From assembly GCF_963921235.1 (NCBI RefSeq), contig NC_086123.1, positions 17,298,001-17,362,000 on the forward strand: a stretch of 64,000 nucleotides of DNA, written 5' to 3'. This DNA comes from Mobula hypostoma. Its lineage: Eukaryota. Below are positions 13,201-25,098 of the stretch, piece after piece. Position 1 is the first letter of the stretch; each line of letters starts with the position of its first letter. Position numbers and translations under genes: made by a program. Below the pieces are notes generated by a model that saw nothing but the letters and a program-made list of their open reading frames with translations, was not told the DNA's origin and searched no databases.

Positions 13201-14104
13201 GCATCATTTTGTATTGGTCCTATATCTACCCTCAACTCCCTTTTACCCTTTTTATACTTAAAATAGCTTTTAGTATCTTTGATATTAGTCACTGGCTTCC
13301 ATTCATAATTCATCTTCTCCTTCCTAAGGACTTTCTTAGTTTCCTTCTGCAAGTTTTTAAAAGCTTCCCAATCCTCTATCTTCCCACTAGCTTTGGCTTC
13401 CTTGTATGTCCTCTCTTTTACTTTTACTTTGGCTCTGGCTTCACTCATCAGCCACTGTAGTGTCCTTCTTCCCTTTGAAAATTTCTTCTTATTTGGAATA
13501 TATCTGTCTTGCACTTCCCTCATTTTTCACAGAAACTCTAGCCGTTGTTGCTCTGCTGTCTTTCTTGCTAGAGTCCCTTTCTAGTAACTTTGGCCAGGTG
13601 TCCTCTCATACCATTGTAATTTCCTTTGTTCCACTGAAATACCAACACATTGGATTTTAGTTTCTCCTCCTCAAGTTTCAAAGTGAACTCGATTATATTG
13701 TGATCACTGTTCCCTAAGTGTTCCTTAACCTTAAGCTCTCATATCACCTCGGGTCATTGCTCAACACCCAGTTAGCACAGTCGATTCCCTAGTGGGCTCA
13801 ATAACAAGTTGTTCTAAAAAGCTAACCCTTAGACATTCTACAAATTCTCTCTCTTGAGGTCCAGTACTGGCCTGGTTTTCCCAATCTACTTTCATGATAA
13901 AATCCCCAATGATTATCATGGCATTGTCTTTCTGACATGCCTTTTCTATTTCCTGCCCTAATTTGTAATCCACATCCCGGCTGCTGTTTGGAGGCCCGTA
14001 TACAATTGCCATTAGGGTCCTTTTACCCTTGGCATTTCTTAACTCAACCTATAGAGTTTCTACACCATCCAATCCTATGTCAACTCCTTATACTGATTTA
14101 ATAT
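10259..14104 (-). mobile_element. CR1 LINE, 5'-truncated ORF2 (EN to RT), nested
   Basis: GDF (EN), NYRLVSLTSVVGKLLE, SGVPQASVLG, KFADDTK, LVRPHLE; tail TCTTATGGT; TSD TGTTAG at 10253-10258 and 14105-14110. Confidence 0.95.
11469..12880 (-). mobile_element. Rex1/Babar LINE, 5'-truncated RT, nested in CR1
   Basis: [40 protein letters not shown]. One in-frame TAG (12104-12106) and a frameshift near 11985. (TTC)n tail; TSD TCTTAA at 11463-11468 and 12881-12886. Confidence 0.95.
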
Positions 14105-14639
14105 TGTTAGCCATTTCAGCCCTGGGAAAAAGCCTCTGGCTATCCACATGATGAATGCCTCTTATCATCTTATACAGCTCTATCAGGTCACCTCTCATCC
14201 TCCGTCGCTCCAAGGAGAAAAGGCCAAGTTCACTAAACCTATTCTCATAAGGCATGCTCCCCAATCCAGGCAACATCCTTGTAAATCTTCTCTGCACTCT
14301 CTTTACAGAATCTACATCCTTCCTGTAATGAGGTGACCAGAACTGAACACAGTACTCCAAGTGGGGTCTAACTAAGGTCTTATATAGCTGTAACATTACC
14401 TCACGGCTCTTGAACTCAGTCCCACGGTTGATGACGGCCAACATACCATTCGCCTTAACTGCCTTTAAGTGCCGTTAAAGATGTATCAAAACCAAGTTTA
14501 ATTTACATGGTTAACAAGCTGCTCTGGGAACCTCCAGCCAAACATAGTGGCTACTTAACAATTTTCCAAATCAACATTTCAGTCACAGAAAATGACTGAA
14601 GTTTGCGATCAACCATTTGGCATCTCGAATTGTTACTAA

Positions 14640-14945
14640 CAAAACAGTGTTGCATAACAAAGAACTGCTATTTTGGATGTTGGTTTTGAATCAGGGCAGC
14701 CTGTAGGTAGCGAACACTGAGCTGAACTGAATATGTCTGGACTCTTTCGATTTTGTGTTTTATATTCTGTGTTTTTTTTTATGGCCATTTGCGCAAGTTT
14801 TTTTTGCGTGTGGGCAGTGGGGTTTGATGGTTTCTTTTGAACGGGTTCCATTGTTTTCTTTGTTTCGTGGCTGTCTGTGAGGAAGACAAATCACAGGGTT
14901 GTATGCTGCATACATATTTTGATAATAAATATATTTTGAACTGAT
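14640..14945 (+). mobile_element. Non-autonomous retroelement with Rex1-like tail
   Basis: Homologous to 6957-7300; ends TTTGATAATAAATATATTTTGAAC. Confidence 0.65.
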
Positions 14946-15077
14946 ACTAAATTTACCGCAGTTCCATATTTGAGTAAAGAACAAGTTAGATCCAATTACT
15001 ATAGAGGCACGTATCATTTTTACTGGTGCCCAAGGATAGAAAGCACTCTCAATAACTGAAGTCATCAAGTTATATAT

Positions 15078-15350
15078 TGCAGAATCAGTCTCTTCGGCCC
15101 ATCGAGTTCACACTGTAAAAAATCATTTATACTGATCCCATTTTGTTCTGACAACATTCCTGTCAACTTCCCCAGATACCGTCACTCATTCAGACAGAAG
15201 GTGCAGTGGACCATCTCAATTAACCTAGCAGCCTGCGCGTGGGAGCACGGTGTTGTCGTGAAGATGTGCAAACTCCACACAGACCGCATTGGGGGTTAGC
15301 ACTGAAGGCAGTTTTGTGGAGCGGCAAGGCAGCAACTCTACCAATGCACC
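15078..15350 (-). mobile_element. Degenerate V-SINE
   Basis: TTCGGCCCATCGAG tail and TGTGCAAACTCCACACAGAC core remnant. Confidence 0.5.
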
Positions 15351-16224
15351 TCTGGGATGCCTCGTAACTTGATTTTTAAAAAGATGGATCCAAAATCAAG
15401 TTAGGTTTCCAGGCGATTTAAAAGTGACATTTAGAGGCATATTTGAACAAGGGCATTGGCATTGGAGAAAAGATAGCTGTGGTTTTCACTGAAATAGCCA
15501 TTTGAACCTCAGCATTAAGTTCCATGTCTCCTGATGCAGGTTTTTGATCTGAAACAGCTTTCTCCACTCCACTGCTGTTCAACCCATCGAGTTCTTCCAG
15601 CAGCTTGTTTATTACTCACTCCCTAGTATCTCTGTTGTGCCCTCTGTTTCTAAAGGTACATTTCCGATCAGCCCACCTCTCCTTCGCTTACAGCCTTCTT
15701 CCTGTCTACATATGTTTGGAATCCCTTTAAGTTGGCTGCCAGTCTTTTCGATGTGCTCTCTCTTTCTATTTGTCACTCGTATTTCCTTTTCGTACTTCCT
15801 TTCTGAATGTCTTGTAGCTGCCCGGTTTCTATTAGCAACCTGGTATCTACTGTACGCTCGTTCATTTTGCTCTGCTACTGTTTCACTCTCTGCCTCTTTG
15901 GTTGTCCAGGAAGCTTCAGCTTCATTTGCCCTAGCTTTCCCCCTTATGGATGGTATTTAGCCTTCAGTTGAAACATCTCCCCTTTGAAAATTTCCCACTA
16001 TTTACCTAGAGATTTATTGCCAAGCTTTGGTGGTTAAATCCATTTTTATCCCATTGGGTGTTGGCCTTGTCCAGCTGGCTGTTTAGACCTCAGAGTGATC
16101 CAGTTCCCATTCCATAGCTATTCTAAACCTCAATAATATCATAGTTGCTGTTTCCTCAATGTTCTCAGGCTGATTCTGATTTCCATGTAGATCTTAGCAA
16201 TGCTGTCAGTCTAGTTGGACCAGA

Positions 16225-16997
16225 AATAGAATAAAGTTTAGAATTTAGAATTTATTTAAATCTGACATCCATCCCACATGAGGAAGTAAAAAGCTTTGCA
16301 TTATGACTCTGTTGCAATTAACAGACATGTGAATTTATAAGTCTAATGGCTTGTAGAAAGAAGCTGTTCTGTAGCCTGCTGGTCCTGGCTTTAAAGCTGT
16401 GGTACCATTTGCCAGATGGAAGCAGCTGAAACAGTTTATGGTTGGGGTGACTGGTGTCCCCGATGATCTTCCATGCCTTCTTTCTGCACCTGCTGCTATA
16501 AATGTCCTCACTGGAGGGAAGTTCACATCCACAGATGTGCTGGGCTGTCTGTACCACTCTCTGCAGTGCCCAGTGATCAAGGTTGGTGCAGCTCCCGTAC
16601 CAGGTGGTGATACACCCAGTCTGTATGCTCTCAGTGGTGCCCCTGCAGAAGGTCTCAAGGATTTGGGGGCCATTGCTGAACTTCTTCAGTTGCCTGAGGT
16701 GGAAGGGATGTTGTTGTGCTTTTTTTGCCACAAAGCTGGTGCGTACAGTCCAGGTGAGATCATCGGTGATGTGTATACCGAGGAACTTGAAACTACTCAC
16801 CCTTTCAATGCAGTGCCATTGATGTTGATTAGGGCGAGCTTGTCTCCATTCCTCTTGTAATCCACAATCAGCTCTTTTGTCTTTTCGACATTGAAGGAGA
16901 GGTTATTATCTTGGCACCAATGCGTCAGGGTGTCAACCACTCCTCTGTAGGCTGTCTCATCACTGCTAGAAATAAGGCCGATCAAAGTTGTGTCATA
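16225..16997 (-). mobile_element. Rex1/Babar LINE 3' fragment
   Basis: IGLISSSDETAYRG...[12 protein letters not shown]; FKFLGIHITDDLTW...KKAQQ...HPNHKLFQLLPSGK. Confidence 0.92.
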
Positions 16998-17526
16998 TAT
17001 TGGTCAAAGATGTTCACCTAAACACATTTCAAAATCTCCACATGCTCTTCCCCCCCTCATGTTATAGTAATTTCAAGTCTGCATTTGGCTTCTTGAACTC
17101 CCATTAACATTACTCAATGACTTTTACGTAACTCTATAACATCCCTGCAAATGTAATCCTCAACATCCTTCCTCTCGCAGAACTGAACTCCTGTGGTTGT
17201 TATCTCTCAATAGGCAGCTTCCGTTCTAAAACATCCTCCCCTCTCAGCAACACTACAATGTTGTCCTTCATCAACACTGCCACACTCTCTGACTCTCTTT
17301 CTACTCCCATCCTTCCTGGTATCCAGGAACGGAGACACAAGAGACCGCAGACACTGGGATCTGGAGCAACAAACATTTGGCTGTAGAGTTCCTTCAGCGG
17401 GCTGTCTGGGGTATCCAGGAATACTTAGAACCCAATTCCTGCCCTCTTCCTTAGGCTGGTCTCTTGTAATTCTCACAGCATCATAAAGTCACACGGTTAA
17501 TCGAACCTGCAGCTGAACAACCTTGT

Positions 17527-17806
17527 TTCAGAATCAGAATCAGGTGCACTATCACTGGCATATGTCAAGAAATTGGTTAACTTTGCAGTGCAATACATGA
17601 CTATACAGTAAGTTACAGAATTACAGTAAGTGTATTAAATAGTTGAGTTAAAATAAGTGGTGCAAAAACAGAAATAAATTTTTAAAAGTAGTGAGGTAGT
17701 GTTCATGGGTCCATTCAGAAATTGGATGGCAGTGGGATGAAGCTCTTCCTGAATCGTTGCGTGCGTGCCTTCACAATTCTGTACCTCCTTCCTGATGGTA
17801 ACAATG
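17527..17806 (-). mobile_element. Rex1 3' UTR/tail
   Basis: (CAGAAT)n tail; same family as 8298-8962. Confidence 0.8.
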
Positions 17807-18569
17807 CTTCTTGCATAGTCAACCTATCTTAGACTTTCTAGTACTCTCACTTAGTCTCATCACGTCCAGTCTGAGAACTGGCTATTCTCGCTGCCAGACT
17901 TGTTTTTGTACTTTATCCCCCTTGCCATTTTACCTTCCTGTGCTAAGTTACTTCAGAACTCCTCCTATCACCTTCTGATCCCAGCTTATTTGATGTGCAA
18001 TTGTTGTACACACCAGCCTTCCAACTGCATCTTCCTGCCCTAGCTTGTCTGGTTTGATCAGACATCATGATTGTCACTGTGGAAATGAAGAAGTATTAGT
18101 GCAGCGAGGAGTCATGTCCAATACTCGGGTACAAGGCAGGAAAAACTATATGGAGTGACAGAAGAAAGGTGCCTGTTCAGGAAACGTTGTTTTAGAGAAA
18201 TGCATCGTTTCTTTTGTTATCAGGAAGGAGCATATTATTTTAAAGTATGGTTCTACCAAAATAATAATCTATATTTCATCTCCCTTGGCATCATTCTATA
18301 CTGTAGTTACATCCATATACTGATAAATGACCTTAATATTTCTTCAGCTTGCAATTTTGTTGTATTCTGGGATGATGCATTACAGCACACTGTTTAAGTG
18401 TTCAAAGTCCAGCCCATTTAATCTCACTAAATTACTTGGCAGCCATTTATTTATGGCCATAGATAGTATTTGATGAAGGCTATATTCTTCAGCAGGAAAG
18501 TCAAGGCATGACAAATGGAGTCCAGAGGATCTCGATGAGTTATGAATTGGCAGAGGCTAAGGTGGAAGT

Positions 18570-19355
18570 TTCAATAGGTACATTTAGGGTCAGAGAAATG
18601 AATACAAACATTCTGAAATTCATTTTCTTCTCAAACATCCACAAAAACAGAAGAGTGCCCCAAAGAATGAATGACAGTTAAATGTTAGAACCTCAAGTCC
18701 CCCTCCTATGCTAAGCAGCAGCAAAGCGAAGACCCCCCCACCACAAAAAAGCATCAGCACCCCCCCACCGAGCACTCAAGCGTACAGCAAAGCATCAATA
18801 AAGACACAGACTTTCAGTACTCCAAAAACTACTCGTTCACCCAGCAATTCGACATACCACAGGCTCTCTCTCCCTAATAAGGGAAAAAGAGATGTCCCCA
18901 TTTCACAGCGAGAGGGGAGACTTAACAAAACAACTCACCAATTTATGGTGTTAGAAGTCTGTCGCGTCGCCTTTTCCGAGCTCTGTGCCCAAAGAACTCG
19001 GGTCTCTGGGCACACAGCCAGCAGCCAGCGCGCTGCTTTCGATCTCCTGTCTCCCACGACTCACCAGGCAGTGGCACTGACCTCGAGTCTGCCCACCTCC
19101 AGAACCACAAAATCCGGCACCCTGAAGCCGCGCTAGTCTATCGGGCCGCGTCCTTGGCATATCAAAAAGCAGCCAGTCATGAGAACCCCAAGAGCAAGTC
19201 CCGTTTCCACGCAGAACCAAAGTCAGCGTGTAACCCCAGGTCAGGGTCTTCAAAGAACCCTGAAAAGGAAAAACAGAGATATTAAAGATAGAAATAGAGC
19301 TGTTTCCAAAGATGCAAGCAGAGGAGTTGCCATTAGATGCCATCGTCCTCCTAAG
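18570..19355 (-). mobile_element. About 790-bp non-autonomous retroelement (family shared with 36722-37520)
   Basis: Colinear with 36722-37520 from the shared 5' end AGCTTAGGAG through GGCAACTCCTCTGCTTGCATCTTTGGAAACAGC to the tail. Confidence 0.8.
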
Positions 19356-19429
19356 CTGCGTCTTAATGAAAGATTCCCACCAATTTCAGGGAATATCTCT
19401 TTTCACTGTTCCTGCATAATTTTCAGTGT

Positions 19430-20180
19430 GAGGTGCTTTGCTGTTTTCCAGCCCGTAAGGAGTTAGTACATTCTCCCCGTGACTGTGTGGGTTTCCTCTG
19501 GGTGCTGTGGCCACATCTGGAGTACTGCGTGCTGTTCTGGTCTCCTTACCTGAGGAAGGATATACTGGCTTTGGAGGCGGTGCAGAGGAGGTTCACCAGG
19601 TTGATTCCAGAGATGAGGGGGTTAGACTATGAGGAGAGTTTGCGTTGCTTGGGACTGTACTCACTGGAATTCAGATGGATGAGAGGAGATCTTACAGAAA
19701 CATATAAAATTAAGAAAGGGATAGATAAGATAAAGGCAGGAAAGTTGTTTCCACTGCCAAGTGAGACTAGAACTAGGGGACATAGTCTCAAGATTTGGGG
19801 GAGTAAATTTGGGACAGAGATGAGGAGGAACTGCTTTTCCCAAAGAGTGGTGAATCTGTGGAATTCTCTGCCCAATGAAGCACTGGAGGCTGCCTCAGTA
19901 AATATATTTAGGACAAGGTTGGATAGATTTTTGCAGAGTAGGGGAATTAAGGGTTATGGGGGAAAGGCAGGTAGGTGGAGATGAGTCCATGGCCAGATCA
20001 GCCATGATCTTACTGAATGGTGGAGCAGGCTCGACAGGTCAGATGGCCGACTCCCGCTCCTTTTCCTTATGTTCCTCCCACAGTCCAAAGACGTATCGGT
20101 TGGTCGGTTGGTAAGTTGTCCCATGGTTAGAGGGATTGCTGGGTAGCGTGGCTTGAAGGCTCGGACAGGCCTATAGTGCA
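19430..20180 (+). mobile_element. V-SINE (HE1-like) split by a CR1
   Basis: V-domain GTGGGTTTCCTCTGGGTGCT / TTCCTCCCACAGTCCAAAGACGTA is interrupted between about 19507 and 20071. Confidence 0.75.
19507..20071 (+). mobile_element. CR1 LINE 3' fragment
   Basis: PHLEYCVLFWSPYLRKDILALEAVQRRFTRLIP...RTRGHSLKI...FSQRVVNLWNSLP. Confidence 0.93.
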
Positions 20181-20822
20181 CTGTAAAAAACATGGAACAC
20201 AGTTCACATCTATTGACAGCCAAGTAAGTAAATAAGTTCCCTGTCAATAGATGTGAGCTGTGTTCATAAAAAAACACGGAACACTGCCCAATAAATTGTG
20301 ATGAAAATTTGAAGCCAAGCATTTGCACGTGCATACTCCCTGAAGTTTCCAGAGACTGGTTGCTTTTATAGGCAGATAGTATCAGGTCAGTCATATTTCT
20401 AAAGGCTTCCAGTATCAGTGTCAAAGGATCAATCATTTTCACATGGTGTTTTATCAAGTAATATATTCTGAACTGTCAAGTATATCAGATCTCACAAAGG
20501 GAAGCGCTCTCAGCAGGGAGAGGGGATTGTTCCACACCATCCACTTCAAAGGGAGATACTCTCTTATTTAAAGTGAAGTCTGTGTTTTATGCATTAATTT
20601 AAACTTCTGGAAGAAACAGTGAATTAAGACTGTCTTTAACTGCTTGTGAGTTAAGAAGTCAGTTTTGGTTGGGTAGATTTCTGGTGGGCATGGGGTGATA
20701 TCTACCTCACTGCGACCCTTGCTGTCTGCACTGCACTTTCTCTGTATCTGCAGCAGTGTATTCCACAGTCTGCTTTCTTTCCCCGCCTCAGAGGGTTTTG
20801 AATGGCGTGAAGGTGTTCACTA

Positions 20823-22420
20823 GAAACACCAGAAAAATCTGCAGGTGCTGGAGGTCTTGAGCAACACACGCAAAATGCCGGAGGAACTCGGCAGGCCAGG
20901 CAGCGTCTATGGAAAAGAGCGAACAGTCGTCGTTTCGGGCCGAGACCCTTCATCAGGACTGGGAAGGAAGGGGGAAGGAGTCAGAATAAAAAGGTGAGGG
21001 GGAGGGGAGGAATAAGCACAAGGTGGTCGGTGATTGGTGAAACCAGGAGAGGGGGAGGGGTGTGAAGTAAAGAGCTGGGAAGTTGATTGGTGAAAGAGAT
21101 ACAGGTCTGGAGAAGGGGGAATCTCATTGGAGATGGCAGAAGCCCATGGAGAAGGGGAAGGGGGAGGAGCACCAGAGGGAGCCGATGGGTAGGTAAGGAG
21201 ATAAGGTGAGAGGAGAAACAGGAACAGGGAATGCTAAGGGGGGGGGGTGGAATTACCAGAAGTTTGAGAACTTCATGTTCATGCCATCAGTCTACCCAGA
21301 TGGAATAAGGTGTTCCTCCTCCATCCTGAGTGTGGCCTCATCGTGGCAGTAGAGGAGGCCACGGACTGACATGATGGAATGGGAATGGGAAGCAAAATTG
21401 AGATGGGTGGCCACCAGAAACTACCGCTTTTTGTGACAGATGGAGAGTAGATGCTCGATGAAGCTATCTCCCAATCTGCATTGGGTCTCACCGATATACA
21501 GGAGACCACACCCGGAGCGCCGGTACAGTATATGACTCAGAGGTGACGTGTCGCCTCACCTGGAAGGACTGTTTGGGGCCCTGATGGTAGTGAGGGAGGA
21601 GGTATAGGGGCAGGTGGGGCACTTGTTCTGCTTGCAAGGATAAGTACCAGGAGGGAGATCGGTGCAGAGAGACGAATGGACAAGCGAGTCACATAAGGAG
21701 CAATCCCTCTGGAAAGCAGAAAGTTGCGGGGAGGAAAAGATGTACTTGGTGGTGTAATCCCATCGGAGATACCGGAAGGTAAAGAGAATTATGTGCTGGA
21801 CATGGAGGCAGGTGGGGTGGTAGATGAGGACCAGGAGAACTGTATCCCTGGTATTAGGGCAGGACGATGGGGTAAGGTCAGATGTGCGTGAAGTGGAAGA
21901 AATGCAGGTGAGGGCAGCATTGATGGTGGAGGAAGGGAAACCCCTTTTTTTAAGAAGGAGGACATCTCAGCTGTTCTGGAATGAAAAGCCTCATCTTGAG
22001 AGCAGATGCGGTAGAGACAGAGCATCTGAGAGAAGGGAATGGCATTTTTACAAGTGACGGGGTAGGAAGAAGTAAAGTCCCAGCAGCTGTGAGGCTCAGT
22101 GTGTTTATGCAAGACATCGGTAAATGGACTATCTCCAGAGATAGAGACAGAGAGATCAAGAACGGGGACAGAGGTGTCAGAAATGGACCAAGTAAGTTGG
22201 AGGGCAGGGTGGAAGTTGGAGGCAAAGTTGATGAAATTGATGAGCTCAGCATGGATGCAGGAAGCAGCACCAATACAGTCGTCAATGTAGCGTAGGAAAA
22301 GTTGGGGAGTGATACCAGTGTAGTCTTGGAACATAAAATGTTCCACACAGCCGACAAAAAGGCAGGCATAGCTAGGACCCATAGGAGTGCCCATGGCTAC
22401 ACCTTTAGTATGAAGGAAGT
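20823..22420 (-). mobile_element. Penelope-like element, 5'-truncated (RT, GIY-YIG, terminal repeat)
   Basis: KGVAMGTPMGPSYACLFVG, FLRYIDDC, FASNFHPALQLT; GLLYIGETQCRLGD (YIG) near 21460-21510; pyrimidine-rich 3' region with a hammerhead motif. Confidence 0.93.
20924..20961 (-). ncRNA. Minimal type-I hammerhead ribozyme motif (PLE-associated), one core substitution
   Basis: CAGUC-CUGAUGA-A-GGGU CUCG GCCC-GAAA-CGAC-GACUG. Stem I CAGUC/GACUG, stem II and both core boxes are intact; the cleavage triplet is GAC where sibling copies have GUC. Confidence 0.8.
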
Positions 22421-25098
22421 AAGGACCAGTTCCATGAGACAGAGGAGAGTGATGGTGGAGAGGGACGGCTGGGTTTGTTATCCAGAAAGACCCAAGGTTT
22501 TCACTATATAACAAAGACAAACTAATACCAATACTTGCATTTAGTTGCCCTTTCTCGATCCACTATGTACTGACTTTTATTGGGTTCTTTGACAAAGTCA
22601 ACAGGGTCCATCATGATCCTTTGATATTGAGTTGGAACTGTTTGGTACTTGAGCAAAAGCCTAGCTAAATGAAAATACATTTGAAACAAGACACGTGATT
22701 ACTTGCACCTCCAGCTCACCAACCCTGTTTATATGCCTTAGATAGTTAACCTACCTTCAGCTTTCTCATATTCTCCCTTAGTCTCATCCCTTCCCATCTA
22801 ACAACTTGCTATTTGTCTTGTCCGTCATGAAACTGAAACAGCCTTGGAAAATCTGTCTTCACAAGGCTTTCTTCAAAATTGGACCTTTCAGCTGCAGAGC
22901 TACTGGTTGGAGAGGATGAGAGACTTAGAAGGACTTAACACCAGTCATCTCATGAAGAATTCAAACATGGACAGGTGTACTGAGATTCATTATTTGACGC
23001 CAGCTCCTCGGTTATGCAATGAACTGCAGAAGTCAATCTCAGCTCAATCTCCTGACTGGAGAAACATCTGTGGGAGAGCATCGTCAGCAGGTAACACTGC
23101 TCTGAGCTTGGCCAGCGAGTCCTACAAGTGATGTTGCTTTCGCCCTCCTGGTGAGGCTGCAACTCCGCTCTCATCCTGATCTCCTCACCAACCAGTCACT
23201 TCAATCGTGGGCCAAACCCTTCACCCACCTAATCAAGGACAATGCTCCCATCTTTCTCACATTACCCAAGCCCCTCATCTATCCCAGCAATAACAAGAGC
23301 TCCACACCAACAAGTCAACACTCACCAACCTCCCTTCCACCTCTCCCCCCCCCAAATATACCTGAACACTCATAAAGCCCACCCCAGACTTTCTGGAGCT
23401 TCTCATTCTCTGAGTATGGACAGTATCTCCTCCTTTGTACCCTGCGATCGCTGGATGTGGGCTATAGCCCCAAAACCTCTGGGCTTCTTCTGCGCAGTTC
23501 TGGATGGGCATGAGTGGGAGTCAGAGTAAAGCTCCAGTCATGTTAAGAAAGGGTAGATCTCCATTGCTGGAATTTGTTAGCCTGATCAAATCTCCCTGAT
23601 GACCCCTTGTTAAAGAGCTTTTGGAATTCACCCAGTCAAGGACAGAAACCCGCGAACATGAGACGGTTAACAGAACACCTTCCCGTGATGTACGTGGGGC
23701 AAACTTGTTCCCTCCTGTAAATCTTGTGAAATATACAGCCTTCTGCTTTCCCTGCTGCCTTATTCATTGCATTCTGTACCAAACATTCGTTAAGCAATGA
23801 AAACGTACTTTTGAAGAAGCATCCGGAAGGAAGGCTGATGCTACCCGAACAGCACCCTTCCTTGTTTGATAGCGACTGATCGCACATCTCACTGCAGAAA
23901 TAATTTCACACAGCACCGCCAGTGGGCCCATCAGCTAATGGTCAGGGGGTCAGCAAATCCCATTGTAGAAATAAGATTGAGGTTTTACAGACCTGCTTTC
24001 CTGAACCCTGTGACAGTGTCATAAGATGCCTTCCAGCCACCTTTACAACGCAGAGGGCGGCATTTTCAGCGCGATTAAATGTGCACTGAAGGATAGAGAG
24101 TTCCAGATATTGCTATAAATAAATATGAAATGTTTAGCAAATATCATTTGGACTGAAGATGGACAGATGGCCCAGGTTGGTACAGTTACTCCTATGCGAG
24201 TAACAGTTTATAACAACCAGTGGTCCTGAAACTCAAGTATAGCTTTATCTGAAGTGATACCGTGATGTAGCCCAAGAGGGATCAGTTTGCTTTTCTTCAG
24301 ACCATGAATTTAAATTAGACTTTGGTTGATAGCTGAAAGCAACTGAAACATACAACTGTAAGCAATTGCCCCTACTGATTTTTGCCTCCACTGAGGCCAC
24401 AGGAATTCCCTGTCACCCTACCCTTCCACCAGTGACAAGGCTGGTCACCCAGCACTGAGTTCCACTCAATAAACTGCTGGCTCTGAGGAGCTGAGACCCA
24501 TCCACTGCTTTTGTTGGTCCAGAACTGAAAGCGGGTCAAAACTAGAAACTAACCCTATTAAGAAAATAGGTAAAACGATCGGTAGTAATAGTATAATGAG
24601 GCACTACTGGGGCATGAGACGAGTGTCATTTTCTGTTTTTGTAATAGTAATCTTCCCGTTTCAAATCTCCGGTTATGATAGATCGTTCCCTGCTTCCGAC
24701 TAGGGTTCAATTAATGCCCGAGGGCTGATGTTTCACCTCTAGCACTCAGCATAATACGAGTGTTGGCAGATTGACTGCTTGTTTTACAGCCTGCCTGACC
24801 TCCACTTTATGGAGTTGACCAGAAATGAAACTCGACCAGGGTGTAAACACGGACAGCTAATTCAGCAACATCTGCCAGACCGAAGTTAAAACTCACTTCA
24901 TTCCTCACAAGAAGAAAAACAACACTCTTCTCTCCTGCTCTCAAAACTAAACAAAACATTTAACTTTCTTTCAATACGACCTTAATACTAAAGTTGTTCT
25001 GACTTTTTGTGTTTTGATGTGTTTACACGGCCTCTTAACACGAAACACTTTGATCAAAGACAACATTCCACAGAACCTGTGAAATGAGGTGTGAGAAA

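Larger units (their letters stand above)
9960..14452 (-). mobile_element. CR1 LINE 3' part (outer element; pieces 9960-10258 and 14105-14452)
   Basis: ORF 14088-14444 (LYKTLVRPHLEYCVQFWSPHYRKD) joins ORF 10050-10289 (RGHSLKV...FFTQRVV) across TSD TGTTAG. Confidence 0.92.
15620..18060 (-). mobile_element. Old fragmented CR1 (EN/linker region), interrupted by younger inserts
   Basis: Antisense of 17230-17290 reads VAVLMKDNIVVLL (CR1 EN GGGVA region); 15650-16200 resembles the CR1 linker. Confidence 0.45.

Noticed and set aside
18951-19343. Paralogous peptide NGNSSACIFGNSSISIFNIS shared with 36653-37108
   Set aside because: The frames diverge between the two repeat copies after about 35 codons; the similarity is nucleotide-level repeat homology.
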